Below are positions 15,006 to 26,201 of a stretch of 64,000 nucleotides of DNA, in pieces. Origin of the DNA: Halocafeteria seosinensis (lineage: Eukaryota); NCBI GenBank assembly GCA_001687465.1, contig LVLI01000190.1, positions 62,001-126,000 on the forward strand, written 5' to 3'. The stretch's first letter is position 1; each line of letters starts with the position of its first letter. Made by a program: the position numbers and the translations under genes. The notes under the pieces were generated by a model. It saw only the letters and a list, made by a program, of their open reading frames with translations, ran no database searches and had not been told where the DNA came from.

Positions 15006-18005
15006 TTAGAACTTGAAGTCAGACGGTACACTCATCGCCCAAGGAAACTTTTCTAGCAAAGCAGCTGGGAATACTTTTTCAATCGGGCATTCAACAGCCT
15101 TGCACCAAGCGACAGTGATACGAGGATCCATGTAATTGATTTTGGACGTTCCAAGAGCCACCTGCTTATTTTCATCTTTATTTTGGAGATCAATACTAAG
15201 CTTTGCATGTCTACTCTCGTAATTCTGCAACAAGACGTCCCCAGCCAAATAAAGAATCAGCGAGCGTATCACGATCCAATATTCTACACATACATCAAGC
15301 CTCTTCTTTAGTTGATCGGCCGAGGGCTGCTTCTGAAACATATGCTGTTTCTTCTGTTTCTCTTCCTTCTGCTTCTCCGTCAAGTCTTTTCCCGTAGGCA
15401 ATTCTCCACGTAGCGGTATCTGGAAAAGGGCAAGACAGTGGGGTAGATAACAGCTATTGATCGACACGTAGCATAAGTTACGTACATCAGTATTTTTCTT
15501 CTTCTGATTCAACCATTTCTTGAGGTCCTTGACCTGCTTCTCAGTGAGCTCCACACGGTTGGCCAGGCGCTCTGGAAAAAAGAATACAACTCATGTACCG
15601 CTGTAAAGACAAGAAATACATAGCAACGTAACATACGATACGTCTGCTCGAAGCTTTTTGGAGGAGTCCTTTGATGGTTGCACAGTATTGCAACAGCCCT
15701 GTTAGCTCTATCATACTCCAGTTTCTGCGGAAAGTCAAAGAGCACGCGTGAATGGAATAAGATTGGAGAAAGAGTACCACTAGCAACGCACCTTTTCCTT
15801 CCACGACAAACTTGGATCCATTTCCCAAGGCAATTCCTGCTCGAGCGTAATACTCGCGTTGTAGGTTCTGAACACCTTAGCAGACAGTCCCGGCATCAAG
15901 TTTTGCAGTTCGGTATTCAGTAGACCAGGCTGGAATAGTAGGCCACCGCACTCATACAAAGAACACAGACAGTCGGTAATTATGAAAGACGGCTTACTGT
16001 CAGTTTATCGAACACGTCTTGTCCTGGTTCTTTCTTCTCACAAAACCCTTTAATGTTTTTGTAGGCGCGGACGCCAACTTCTCCGTACCGGTCAAACTGC
16101 AAGCAACAAGTATAGGTAACACCTGTTCCACACGATACTTGAAATATTGCGACTCAACATACATCAATAGTTTGGTAGTAGCGCATTGAATCCTTTCCAA
16201 GAAAGTCAAATGTAATACAGTGATGGTGGCCACCCTCGACAGCTTCAATTGTTCGGCCTTCGGTAGCAGCATCCTCCTGCTTCTTCTTGTCTCCTTCCGC
16301 GCCCTCAGCAAACGTCAGATGCTCAACACGTAAAGAGCAACAGCCGACTGTATCAGCTTCGTCTTCATCTTTCTCACCACCAGCACGGAGAGCCAGGTTA
16401 TCAATCACCCACATGGCCGTACCACATTGTCTAGTAAAGTCATCTTTACTCTTTAGAGCACGTTCATAATGCTCTTTAACTTTGCCGATGTAGCTCTTGA
16501 GCTTGCGCGCTTTCTCATATTTGTCTCTGTCACTCTTGCCCTTGAAGCTTGAGCTAGCTGCGAGGAATACATATTTCGTATTCCCCATTATGTTCTCCTT
16601 CCAATAGGCCAGCCAGGTTACTGTAGGATCGTGCACAATTCGCTTCCAACTATGGCCGGGGATGGGGCAAGGAGGAGCGGCCGCCAGTTCTGCGATGTTA
16701 AGTGTAATATCCTCAGGCATGACACGCTCTTTAAGCATTCCTGTCTTGGGATGAACACCGCGCCCACGGAAAAGTCCCGGGGGTTCAACTTTGTATGCTC
16801 CAACCTGCAACAACAAAACATGGGAATTTATTACCTCGCAGAAGGATGGAAACACCTTGGGGATGCCTTACTCGTTCAAGATGTGAATCCACAAGGGCAT
16901 ACCCAAACTTCATCATGATTCTCTGATTCTCCTCTTTCCGCTGCTCTTTTTCTTCCTTGCTCATGTTCTTTTTCTTTTCGGATTCCTTCCGTAGATGTTC
17001 ACGAATTGGTTCGAAATCACATTTTTCGAACTTCTGAATCTTGTGGTCCTTGCCAAGTATCTTCTTGAAATCGCTGAAGAAATTCTTCTGGAAAATAGGG
17101 GCGACTTTCGGATCTCCTAGTTGAGGTCCATCTAGCGCGATACCAGCATAGAACGTTGCCATTTCCTCCTGCGCGGGAGTTAGGTCCACGGCTTCCCCAT
17201 CGTAGCTGCATTAATTGGATTAACGCTAATTCGCTAGCCGGGTCACCGCTCACTACAGATGGTGTTCATCCAAGCTGACTTACTTCATCTTTACTCCATG
17301 AGGCTCATAGGGTTCAGCGAAGCATACGCCGAGGTGTTCAAGGTATCGCCATTGTAGCCCTTCCTCAAGTGGTTCCTCATCCCACCATTTGTGCGCTTTC
17401 ATTGCCATCTTGAGCTTGTCCTGTTCTTTCAGCTCTTTGACTTTGCCAGTCTTAGGACCTTCATCCGCTTTCGCTTTGGATTTCGCTTGGGCTGTAGACT
17501 TTTTAGTTCCAGTGCTCTTCGACTTAGCGTTGCTGGCAGTTTGCTTCTTCGCAGCGGATTTCTTTGTGGCCGGAGACTTTTTCGTCTTCGAGGTGGTAGC
17601 TGCCTTCTTCTTGCCACTCGAAGAAGCGGCCTTTTTGGTTGTCTTGGACTTGGAGTCATTTTTGTTTCCAGTTTTACGTTTTTTAGCCGCCTGCAATCAA
17701 AAGTCCAGCAAAACCACACAACGTGCCTTCCTCGTCTGGAGAAAGCGGGATACTGTTACTCCCTGACTTACAGGTTTCTTGGCATCCTCATCACTGGCAT
17801 CCTCGTCTCCTCCATCGTCCTCTTCTTCAGCCGACGATTCTTTTCCATTCACCTCATAGTCTTCCTCATCTGCAGATTCATCTTGCTGCTGGTGGTCTTC
17901 ATTGTCCTCGTCATCTGATTCCTCCTTGTACGATCTCTTCGGAGCCGCTGCTCGTCGAGATCGCTTCGTGTTGGTGGGGACATTTTCTTCGTCACTAGAA
18001 GACAT
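15006..18005 (-). CDS. TOP1: DNA topoisomerase I (type IB), about 10 introns
   Basis: [67 protein letters not shown], catalytic [10 protein letters not shown]. Confidence 0.98.
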
Positions 18006-18955
18006 CTTGATGAAGTTGTTATGATGAGAAAAAGACTCAAATAAAGCAAAACAAAGCTAAACAATGCCCTAAAAACAACGAAAAAGATTAGGTCTTCTTT
18101 TCACGTTTTACCCTCTACAAGCTCTAATTTTTTCTAACAAAGCACACAAACAGATACCATAGCAAATACTTTCCGTCTTGCACAACAAATGATGCGCTAT
18201 TCAACTCTGTAGAGGCCACGATATGGAGGGGAAGCCGTTTCGGAAAGCGTGAACTTCGATGCGGAAAAGGAGGACATTTGAATGATGTAGGAAGTGGGGT
18301 ATGTCTTGCTTGAACACGTTATAGCAAATCAGGGAAAAAATTATGGCAAGGATTCGCGCTTATCTGCTGAGGCCTTGATTGAGGGGCACCTCCTGGACCT
18401 TTAACGTCATGTCGTATCGCTCGTCTATTGGCCACTACGTGTACTGGTGCAGATAACACTCCGATATGGTTAATCTTGGTATACAGGATGCCGACTCATC
18501 TAAAACTACGTTTCGTGAAGATTGTATAATTTTGAAGGAAGGCGCTCGAATTCGAGCACCTAAAACTGGAAGACCATAACTCGTGCCTGAGAGATCGTCA
18601 TCTTGAACAGGCAAAAAACCGAGAAGCCGGCGCACTCGTTGACGAGTCAGTGCATACGGTACCCCAGTCTGTTGTCGGCGGCTCCGCCGAGACAGGTGGT
18701 TCTGGTATCGCCGTGACAAGTGCCCGTGCCACTTGAACCTCTGGAGCCAAATGTACTACACATAACAGCCTTAAGAAATTGTATCTCTGGCCAGACGCTG
18801 CCAAACAGAAAGAAAGCGTCAGTGTTCGGCTCCAAGATTACAGGGGTGATCAAGAACTATGGATTTCCACAGTTTACACGCAAGTGCGAAATGGATAGAG
18901 GAAATACCCACTTCGGTGGATCAATTGTGGTTTGTTCCTGTCTTTCTGAAACAAG

Positions 18956-20451
18956 TTATCGGCCGGGTCTATAGCTCTCAGCGTTGACTTCATTATGTGA
19001 GGCAAAGGAAGTACCACCTGGTACTAATGGTAGGATATCTTTATCTCGTAACTTCTTCCCGGTAACAGGGCAGCGCATTTCTGGATATACAGTCTTCTTG
19101 GCAACGGATTCCAAAACCACTTGTCCGCTTCTGTTGGACACGGCAAACATGCGAAAGGTGATGACAAGAGCAGAACGTGAACGTATTCAAGATATGCTTA
19201 CGGCTTCAGAAGAACAACCTTTTGGTTGGTGATCTCCTTTTTGCTGACGGCACAGCAATATCTTCCTGCTTCAAAGTGATTGCCACCCTGGTCATGGTAG
19301 AGTAGATTTCGGTCGGAGACGTTTTCAACAATAACTATTAAAAGACTCATAGAGTAATACGTACTGTTTTCTCGTCGTCCACAGTAAACGTTATTGGTAT
19401 TAGCTCCTTCTTCCGTAGGAAATTACCAGTGATTGGAGACCGAGGTCTTGGTTCGGGCTGTAGAATCATCGATTAGCATATGTAAAATTTCAAAGAAGTG
19501 AAAAATGGAACGATTCTATAGCTTACTTTGCTAATCTTTTCGGCTGGATCCTCCGGGGTGACTTCCGGTAACCAGAAAGAAGACTGTTTAATCTCGGCGA
19601 CCTTTTCCTCCTTATCGCTTAAATCCGCTCGCTTTTGCAGTTGCTGGATCGTTTTCTTTTCTTTCTCTTCTTGTTCCATTCTGTTGGCTATTTGGGATGC
19701 TTTTGACGGTGTTTTACTCTTGCGGTCATCAGTCGTCGAGGCTTCATCTTCCTTCCAGTCTCCAGTTGGCGCAGCTACTAGTGCATGGTTCTCCGACTGG
19801 AAGGGCACAAGTGCAGAGACAGATCCCCCGGCATTCCCTGAAGAACTGGATGATTCTTTATGCTCAATTTCTTTCTTATGCTCTGCCGCTGGAGCGGATT
19901 GCACCCTGAAAGTCGGTACGTCGGTATATGTCGACTTTGTTTCTCTGTCCAGGAACTTCTGAATCTCACGCGCATGTCCCTCCACCTGCTGCTCATGTTG
20001 TTCTCGCCTCAATCGCTCCTGTTGCTCTTCGTACTTCCTCTGTTGCTCTTTTAAGTCCATGTTTTTCTGGAGCAAGTACTTGAAAATGCACTCTTTGCAG
20101 TACATATGTCCACTCGGTCTGCAAACATGGTAGCGAACCGTAAATACTGCGTTCATTGCACGTCAATCTCAGGGTAGAAACGGAGCAATATAACATACGT
20201 TGCATGGGGCTGTACGGCTGGATGTTGACAGAGGTAACAACTTGCGAATGGCAGCAGTGATTCAGCTCCTAGTCGACGCCGCCGCGTTCCCCAGCTGCAG
20301 AAAATATATACAAACGATGCAGAGCATAGCGCATGAGAACTGATACTCAGGCAAAGTATACAGGACTGCTGGGGAAAACATACTCTGCTACTTTGCGTTC
20401 ATGATAAGTGTAGAAGGGCAACGCCGTGTTGTTTTTCGAGTGGCGAGGCAT
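18956..20451 (-). CDS. NOSIP: Nitric oxide synthase-interacting protein (RING/U-box-like), about 5 introns
   Basis: MPRHSKNNTA...YHERK; RRLGAESLLPFASCYLC; GHMYCKECIFKYLL; SSFWLPEVTP; CPVTGKKLRDKDILPLVPGGTSFASH. Confidence 0.93.
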
Positions 20452-21612
20452 TTTATTGGGTCAGATCACAGTAGACTAACTCTAAGTATATACCATCAGA
20501 GGGAGAAAACAATCCTCTCATATGAAAACTATATATTTTACCTACTATCCAAAGGTAGTACTCGAGTCTCCAGAGTTGAGGATGGCACCACGAAAGACCT
20601 CCCGGAAAGTGTGGTGTAGCTGTCTCAAGACTGGACTTTATCGTGCTATCATATGCATCGATGCAATTGCCCCCGTGAATCAACATATACTCTAATACAC
20701 GGCTGTGTATTGTCATGCCCGTGGAGGAACATCCAGAGCCACAGGCACCTAATAGGGTAATGGCGCTGGGTCTTCAGGTCATTCATGCAGGCGCTCAACC
20801 CGTTAGTTGCGCACTAAGGGGGCCAGAAGAACCTTGATTGGAGTGTGCATCGTGGGTGCGTTGTCGTATGGTAACCATGTACTTCCACATTGTGTCCCCA
20901 AAACGGCCTGGAACTGCGACACGACTCTTTTGACTCAAGCAGGGATTCAATCCTGGAACGCAGACAACCCCTTTCCTAGCTTCCATTCGGATTATAGTGA
21001 TCGTATGCTCAATTCGTAAGACATAATGGGACTTCGTTGATTTGATTTAGAAAACACGTGTGGATGTATGTGTAAATGTCATCTTTCGTTGATGATGACG
21101 TGGACGTGTGACGTGGATGTGACGACGTACTGTACAAGTAGTATAGATCATGCAACTGAGGATATTGCTGGTTGCCATGTAACGAAAATCATTAATGTAC
21201 AACTCGGAGCTTCCACGCTGTTCGTGTGTGGCTGTGTGTGTGTTGTTCAACAACGTGTTCTTCCAACCTGTCGTCTTGCACTCCGCCAGTCAGTTACGGC
21301 CACAGTAGTGGTGTTTATTGCCAGAGCGTAGTACAAGAACCGACACTTATGTACCCTCCAACGGATGAGAGGGTCTAGTTCACCTTCGTGATAGTGAGAA
21401 ACTTTCATCGAATTCTTCCTCGCCAAAGAACTTCCGATGTCGGAGCCTCCAGCTCAAGTTCAAGTTGCAGCTTCAAGCATCGGCAAGCGGTGACTCGCCT
21501 GCCAAGCGGCATATATCCCCTTTACACACACAAACACCATACGAATTGTAAAGACCTCGTAATTTTTTAGGACGGATTATCTCATTCTAAACCAAGGAAC
21601 ACATTTTTGTAA

Positions 21613-22580
21613 GCGAGTTCCGTTTAAACCCCATTAAAGCACCTGCAACAGCTGTAGAAGTCTGCCAGCAGGTTTCTGGCCGAAGTAGGTAAGCAACGTC
21701 AGCAAGCAGCTGATGACTCAGTCACCTCGTTGTACCCTTTTCTGCTTCGTTTGGTAGAAATGCTTGTTCTATGTCACCCCAAAATATTGTTTGTGAGCCC
21801 AAAAACCCGATCGTTGTACGTGTGTCAAGGTGGAATTACTGTCGAAGTTGGTGGTTTCCGTCCCAACGCTTCAAAGCCCTGCCCCGGACTTTAGGCCAGA
21901 GAGCCAGCTTGGTGCGGAGAGATACTGATGCCTCAGGAGAGCCGTGTATAAGTTGGCGACACCAACGACGAATTGCACAAAGGGAAAGGAGGATGTATAG
22001 CACTATACAGCCAACTTGGTGGTAGTATTTGGCCGTGCGAAAGCCTGGGCCCCGGCTGGCCTGTCAGGGAGAAAGATACGGCTTCTTGGGTGAGGTTTAG
22101 AAGGTATTGCTGCTTTGCACTAGCTCCAAAGCGTGTGTTAAGGGAATAAAAAGGTCATAAAAGGGAATTTTGGGGGTTTAATGGTACTGCATACTCTGAC
22201 TCAAGAGGGAAGACCACAGCGTTTGACACACCCTGGAGAGAGCACACTGGGAGTGTAGATCTCGCACTCCAAAGTATCAAGTGCTCTTCACCCCAGTTCC
22301 ACAACGAGGGAGGTTTGTTTGGTTGCCTTTGACTGATTTGATCCGTCGGTACTTCTACTGCCAAGGGTATGCTATAGCGGCACCTCCCCGGTTGACCCGT
22401 TACCAAAGTCCGCCGGTGGCAGAACAGTCCATCGATACCCAGCGCTGAAAAGTTGAGGGTTTGTCACTCAAGGGGACGAACAACAGCCCTAGTGAAAACA
22501 AGTGAGAGTTCACTGTTTTGGGTTGGCCTGGAGAGAGACGAGTGATTGCCGGCCAATACGTGTATAGACGCTCTGAGTCA
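21613..22580 (+). ncRNA. Candidate large structured non-coding RNA (identity unknown)
   Basis: No credible ORF. More than a dozen mutually compatible helices were found by eye, many with G-U pairs that work only on the + strand. Two domains are closed by long-range helices 21613-21632/22173-22190 and 22197-22207/22571-22580. Confidence 0.55.
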
Positions 22581-22794
22581 CCTATATACCGCTTAACGTC
22601 GTTCGAGCTTGCTCAGCTGATTGCCAGTGTTTCGTAGCAATTGCATAGTGTTCCTTTTAGTTTACTCCCATTTTAATGCTCTTTGTAACCGTTTGATCGA
22701 CGCAGAGGTCCTTATATTAGACGCTACTGGTCGAAAACCTACTGGTACTGAGTGTGCATATCTCCGTTCGGATACAACTTGCAGAGTCAACAAG

Positions 22795-24950
22795 ATGGCA
22801 CGAATGAAGAGCGTAAACAATGCATCGAGGGGTTCCATCGATAGTCGCTCGTCCCCTAAAAAGCGAGGGATCGGAGGGGGTGATGTGGCTCCCATGGAAA
22901 GTTGGGAAGCCCCTTCGAGCAGCGGTCCCATGATGGCAGATAACGAATATCCACCGCGCAAAGTCAAGGACGACGAAATGAGCAGCGCAGCACAAGCGTT
23001 AAATATTCTTCGCAAAGACCGCGAGGCTTCGAGGAAGAAAGCCCGAAACAATTTGGCCAGCAGTAACGACAGTTTCATTGTGCTTAACGAGGATCCATTA
23101 AATGTGAAAACAGCCTCCGTTCACGAGAACTCCTTTGTCCCTCTCGACAACATTATGGAAGAGGTTCATTTTGCCAACTTCAGAAAATTGTCGACAAAGG
23201 AGGTATTCTTTAAGTTGGGGTCCGAAACGGACGTACGAAATCTGCCTCTTGATGAAGGAGATGGTTCGTAAAGACTCATAACTGTTGGACTGTTTAGCTA
23301 GGGACCTTATGTTGTACTCTCTTCACCATTTTGTTTCAGATGATTGCGACGAGGCAATGAAAACCGAAAGGGAAATATTAATTCGTGCCGCTCAGCGGCA
23401 TGAAACCTACATGATGTCCCAGAAACTTCCGGAGGCCATGAAAATGTTATTCGATGGGCAAGAAGGCAGTACGTACTTACATCCCGAATGGAGGTTGACT
23501 TTCAGCCGTATCCAAATGGCGTACGTGAGCTAGATGAATTGAAGACTCTACTGTCCGCTGGCTAATTCTAGTTGTCCTTTCTGTACCTGATCTTCGCAGC
23601 CGGGGAGTCTACGATCATCTCAAGGAGCTTATCGTACACTCTCTAAGAGCGAATAAGGAGAAAGTGTCCAGACTCAGTTTGGACACACTGAGCTCCGTCG
23701 AACGAGGTGTGGACATCCTTGTTCGGCACGGTTTTGTGGAATTGTTCAAATCCCCTCCTATGAGTACTCCTCGATTTCAAAGCATTCAGGACCCTCAAGA
23801 CTCTCCGATTGACGTCAAGAGTGGACCGTATTCTTTCGAGACCATGTTTTCCACTCACGTTGTGCTGATCATCAATGATTCCGTTCGGGGGCAACCGCTT
23901 CTCGCAATCAGACGATGTTCGGAGCTGATTCGCGTGAGCAGGAACGCTCTTGATATTGCGGACGTCTTGATCCTATCTGCGCTTGTTTGTGAGATATATT
24001 GTTTGATGCGCAATGGCGTTAATACTGACGCAGGCATCCGTGCCTTCCGAGCCATGCAAGATGTTGATGCCGCTATGGCTAAGGAACTCGGTCGTATATT
24101 TCAGAACTTACAGCATCCTAGCCAAACCGCTGAGCTGAAGGGGATGGTGAGCCCGGATCTCTTCCGTGAGGTGTGGCAGCAGACTCTTAAGACCGATGAG
24201 AGTTTTGAACAAGTGGAGCTTCTGCGTTGGGCCGTTTGCCTTAATCCTCGGGCACAACTTGGATGGCTCTACCTTGCTTGGAGTCTCGATGCGTTTCCGG
24301 CCAAAAGAGACCTTGCAAAGGAGGCTGCGATGGTGGTACGTTCATGTTCAATCCCTTCCTTCATTTACTTTGGTGATACTTGATAACTTCTAATACAGGG
24401 TGTCAATGTGGAGCCTGGCAATCCGGAGGGATGGATTCTGTGTGGCAACCTGTATGACAGGCGACAACAGTTTGAAGATGCACAAGTAAGCTGAACTTTG
24501 TATCAGTCGCGTTTTTCCATACTGTTTGCTCACTGATGATGTTTCCACGTTCAGGAGGCGTTTAACGCTGCCAGGTGCATTGCGGGTAACGACGGCCATG
24601 CCCTGAATCTCACGATAACTCAAAGTCTTGTGGACAATGTATCCCAGAAGATCCAGCTGACAAGCAGGCACCAGCCACCAACGAAGGCGGATACTTTCTT
24701 TCGTAGTTTACGGCAATCATATAGGTCATTTTTCACGACCTCGGCCCATATGGATTTGCTGGTCAACCATATGGAAAATGATGGAAATTCCAAAGCGAAG
24801 GGCTCCACTTCATCGAATGAGCCATTCCTATTGAAATTAAAACCATCACCTGCTAATGACCCTGCTGGCGTAGATCCAGAGCCAGAACAACCGAAGAAGA
24901 AGGAACCAACCACTGACCCGTTTCATGATCGAGAGAGAGTGGATATATGA
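22795..24950 (+). CDS. Uncharacterised TPR-containing protein, about 4 introns
   Basis: ORFs 22621, 23285, 23664 and 24630 join through GT-AG introns. Spliced TPR-like motifs LNPRAQLGWLYLAWSL and EPGNPEGWILCGNLYDRRQQFEDAQEAFNAA. Confidence 0.75.
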
Positions 24951-25204
24951 GACGCTACTCAATCGCTCCCGGTGATGTGTCACCGACGAGGGATTCGCAT
25001 TGTAGATTGATGTTTGTATTGGCCAATGCAAATAATTGCTAGATTGTTTGCGTGCCAGTGAGAGCACTAGTGTTTATCAGGGATTGGTGGCCCTTGCAAG
25101 GCGTCCATATATTACGGAGTGACGGTACGATACATTGAAGGACACAAAATTTGCGAGAGCATTCGGAGGTTTCATCGTGCACATTCTTTCACGATCATGA
25201 ACCT

Positions 25205-25385
25205 ATGTTGCTTTATTGTTCGGTACATTAATTTTGCCAGCTCTACCGATCTGGTGGCTCACTTTGTCATTTTTATTTGTTCTTTTTAAACCGAAAAGAA
25301 TACACCTTGGGGCACAAGGATACTCTGTGCTCCCAGCTCATTGTCTCCGTCACGTCTTTATGAGGGTACCACAGAAGTTTTCGGC
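25205..25385 (-). pseudogene. Decayed tandem copy of the adjacent 74-aa microprotein gene
   Basis: 25226-25283 aligns with 25621-25679 and translates NDKVSHQIGRAGKINVPNNKAT* versus SDKVTNQSSKAGKINANSKADM. It carries a 1-nt deletion and a premature stop. Weaker similarity to exon 1 and the intron lies at 25320-25385. Confidence 0.65.
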
Positions 25386-25564
25386 TTATGTGTGAATTAT
25401 AATTACAATGTTGTCTAATCTTGGGCATAAGCAGATCCTCGCTATTGCATCGCTATTGTACCATGATAGTCCTTCTGCTTGTGTTGTTCGACGCCTGCTT
25501 CGAAACTGAGCGCGCGAAGTTCTACCAGTTGCTTCAATATCTCTTCCTCTTGATCACACCCATT

Positions 25565-25861
25565 TTACTTCCTTCCAAAACCAGACCGTCCTTTTGAAGC
25601 CATATCTGCTTTACTGTTTGCATTGATTTTACCAGCCTTACTGCTTTGATTGGTCACTTTGTCACTTTTCATTTGTTCCTGCAACAAACGAGGAACATCA
25701 TTACGCTTCAATATCCTGTGGATATTTTGCTCCTAGGCAATGGAACGTACTTTTCTTTGCTGCTGTTTTACTTCCTCATGATGGGCTTTCTCAGCCTCTT
25801 TGGCGGCCTTCTTGTCATGTTGAATACCTTGGAAGGTCTTCCCGGTTACAGCCTTTTCCAT
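25565..25861 (-). CDS. 74-aa basic, hydrophilic microprotein (2 exons: 25751-25861 and 25565-25678)
   Basis: MEKAVTGKTFQGIQHDKKAAKEAEKAHHEEVKQQQRK|EQMKSDKVTNQSSKAGKINANSKADMASKGRSGFGRK*. Canonical 72-nt GTACGT...TGCAG intron. The decayed paralog retains protein-level similarity. Confidence 0.7.
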
Positions 25862-26201
25862 CGTAATTCGTGTTAAAAAAAAAAACAATTCGAAACCGCA
25901 CGATCAACCAGGCTGAACTTAACTGCTCTTCTTCGTTCAATGCATGAGTTGAATTCGCCTCCCTTGCATGTGTATGTGACGGTCAATACCCTCTATGAAA
26001 CTCATTGTATCTTAATGAATGGTTGATGCAAACTTCAACAACCTGTACTTCAACCGCTACCAACGCCACGTTGCAACAGCGGAGGGGAGACCCCGGTACA
26101 ACGCGATGGACCTATCAAAAGCTTTCGGTTAAAAATGAATTGAGTTGAATCATTCCCTATCAGCTCTTTAGCCGACGCCTACTGGACTCATTCGTCATGA
26201 A

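Noticed and set aside
18100..18950. Several 68-94 aa ORFs between TOP1 and NOSIP
   Set aside because: No motifs and no consistent exon chain; likely promoter or UTR sequence.
21873..21905. RNase MRP-like words (AAAG...CCCCGGAC...GGCCAGAGAGCC; GGGGTTTAAT at 22173)
   Set aside because: The P4 strand lacks the conserved AAAGUCCCC with its bulged U, and the GARAR loop is not properly closed. Not called, but a divergent MRP remains testable by cmsearch.
21939..22085. GAGCCGTGT...ATACGGCTTC resembles group II intron domain V
   Set aside because: The arms are ~130 nt apart instead of forming a ~34-nt hairpin, and there is no domain VI, host exons or RT/maturase ORF.
21906..22125. Long rod ending in two helices, like the SRP RNA S-domain
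   Set aside because: No helix-8 CAGG/AGCA symmetric loop and no recognisable Alu domain.
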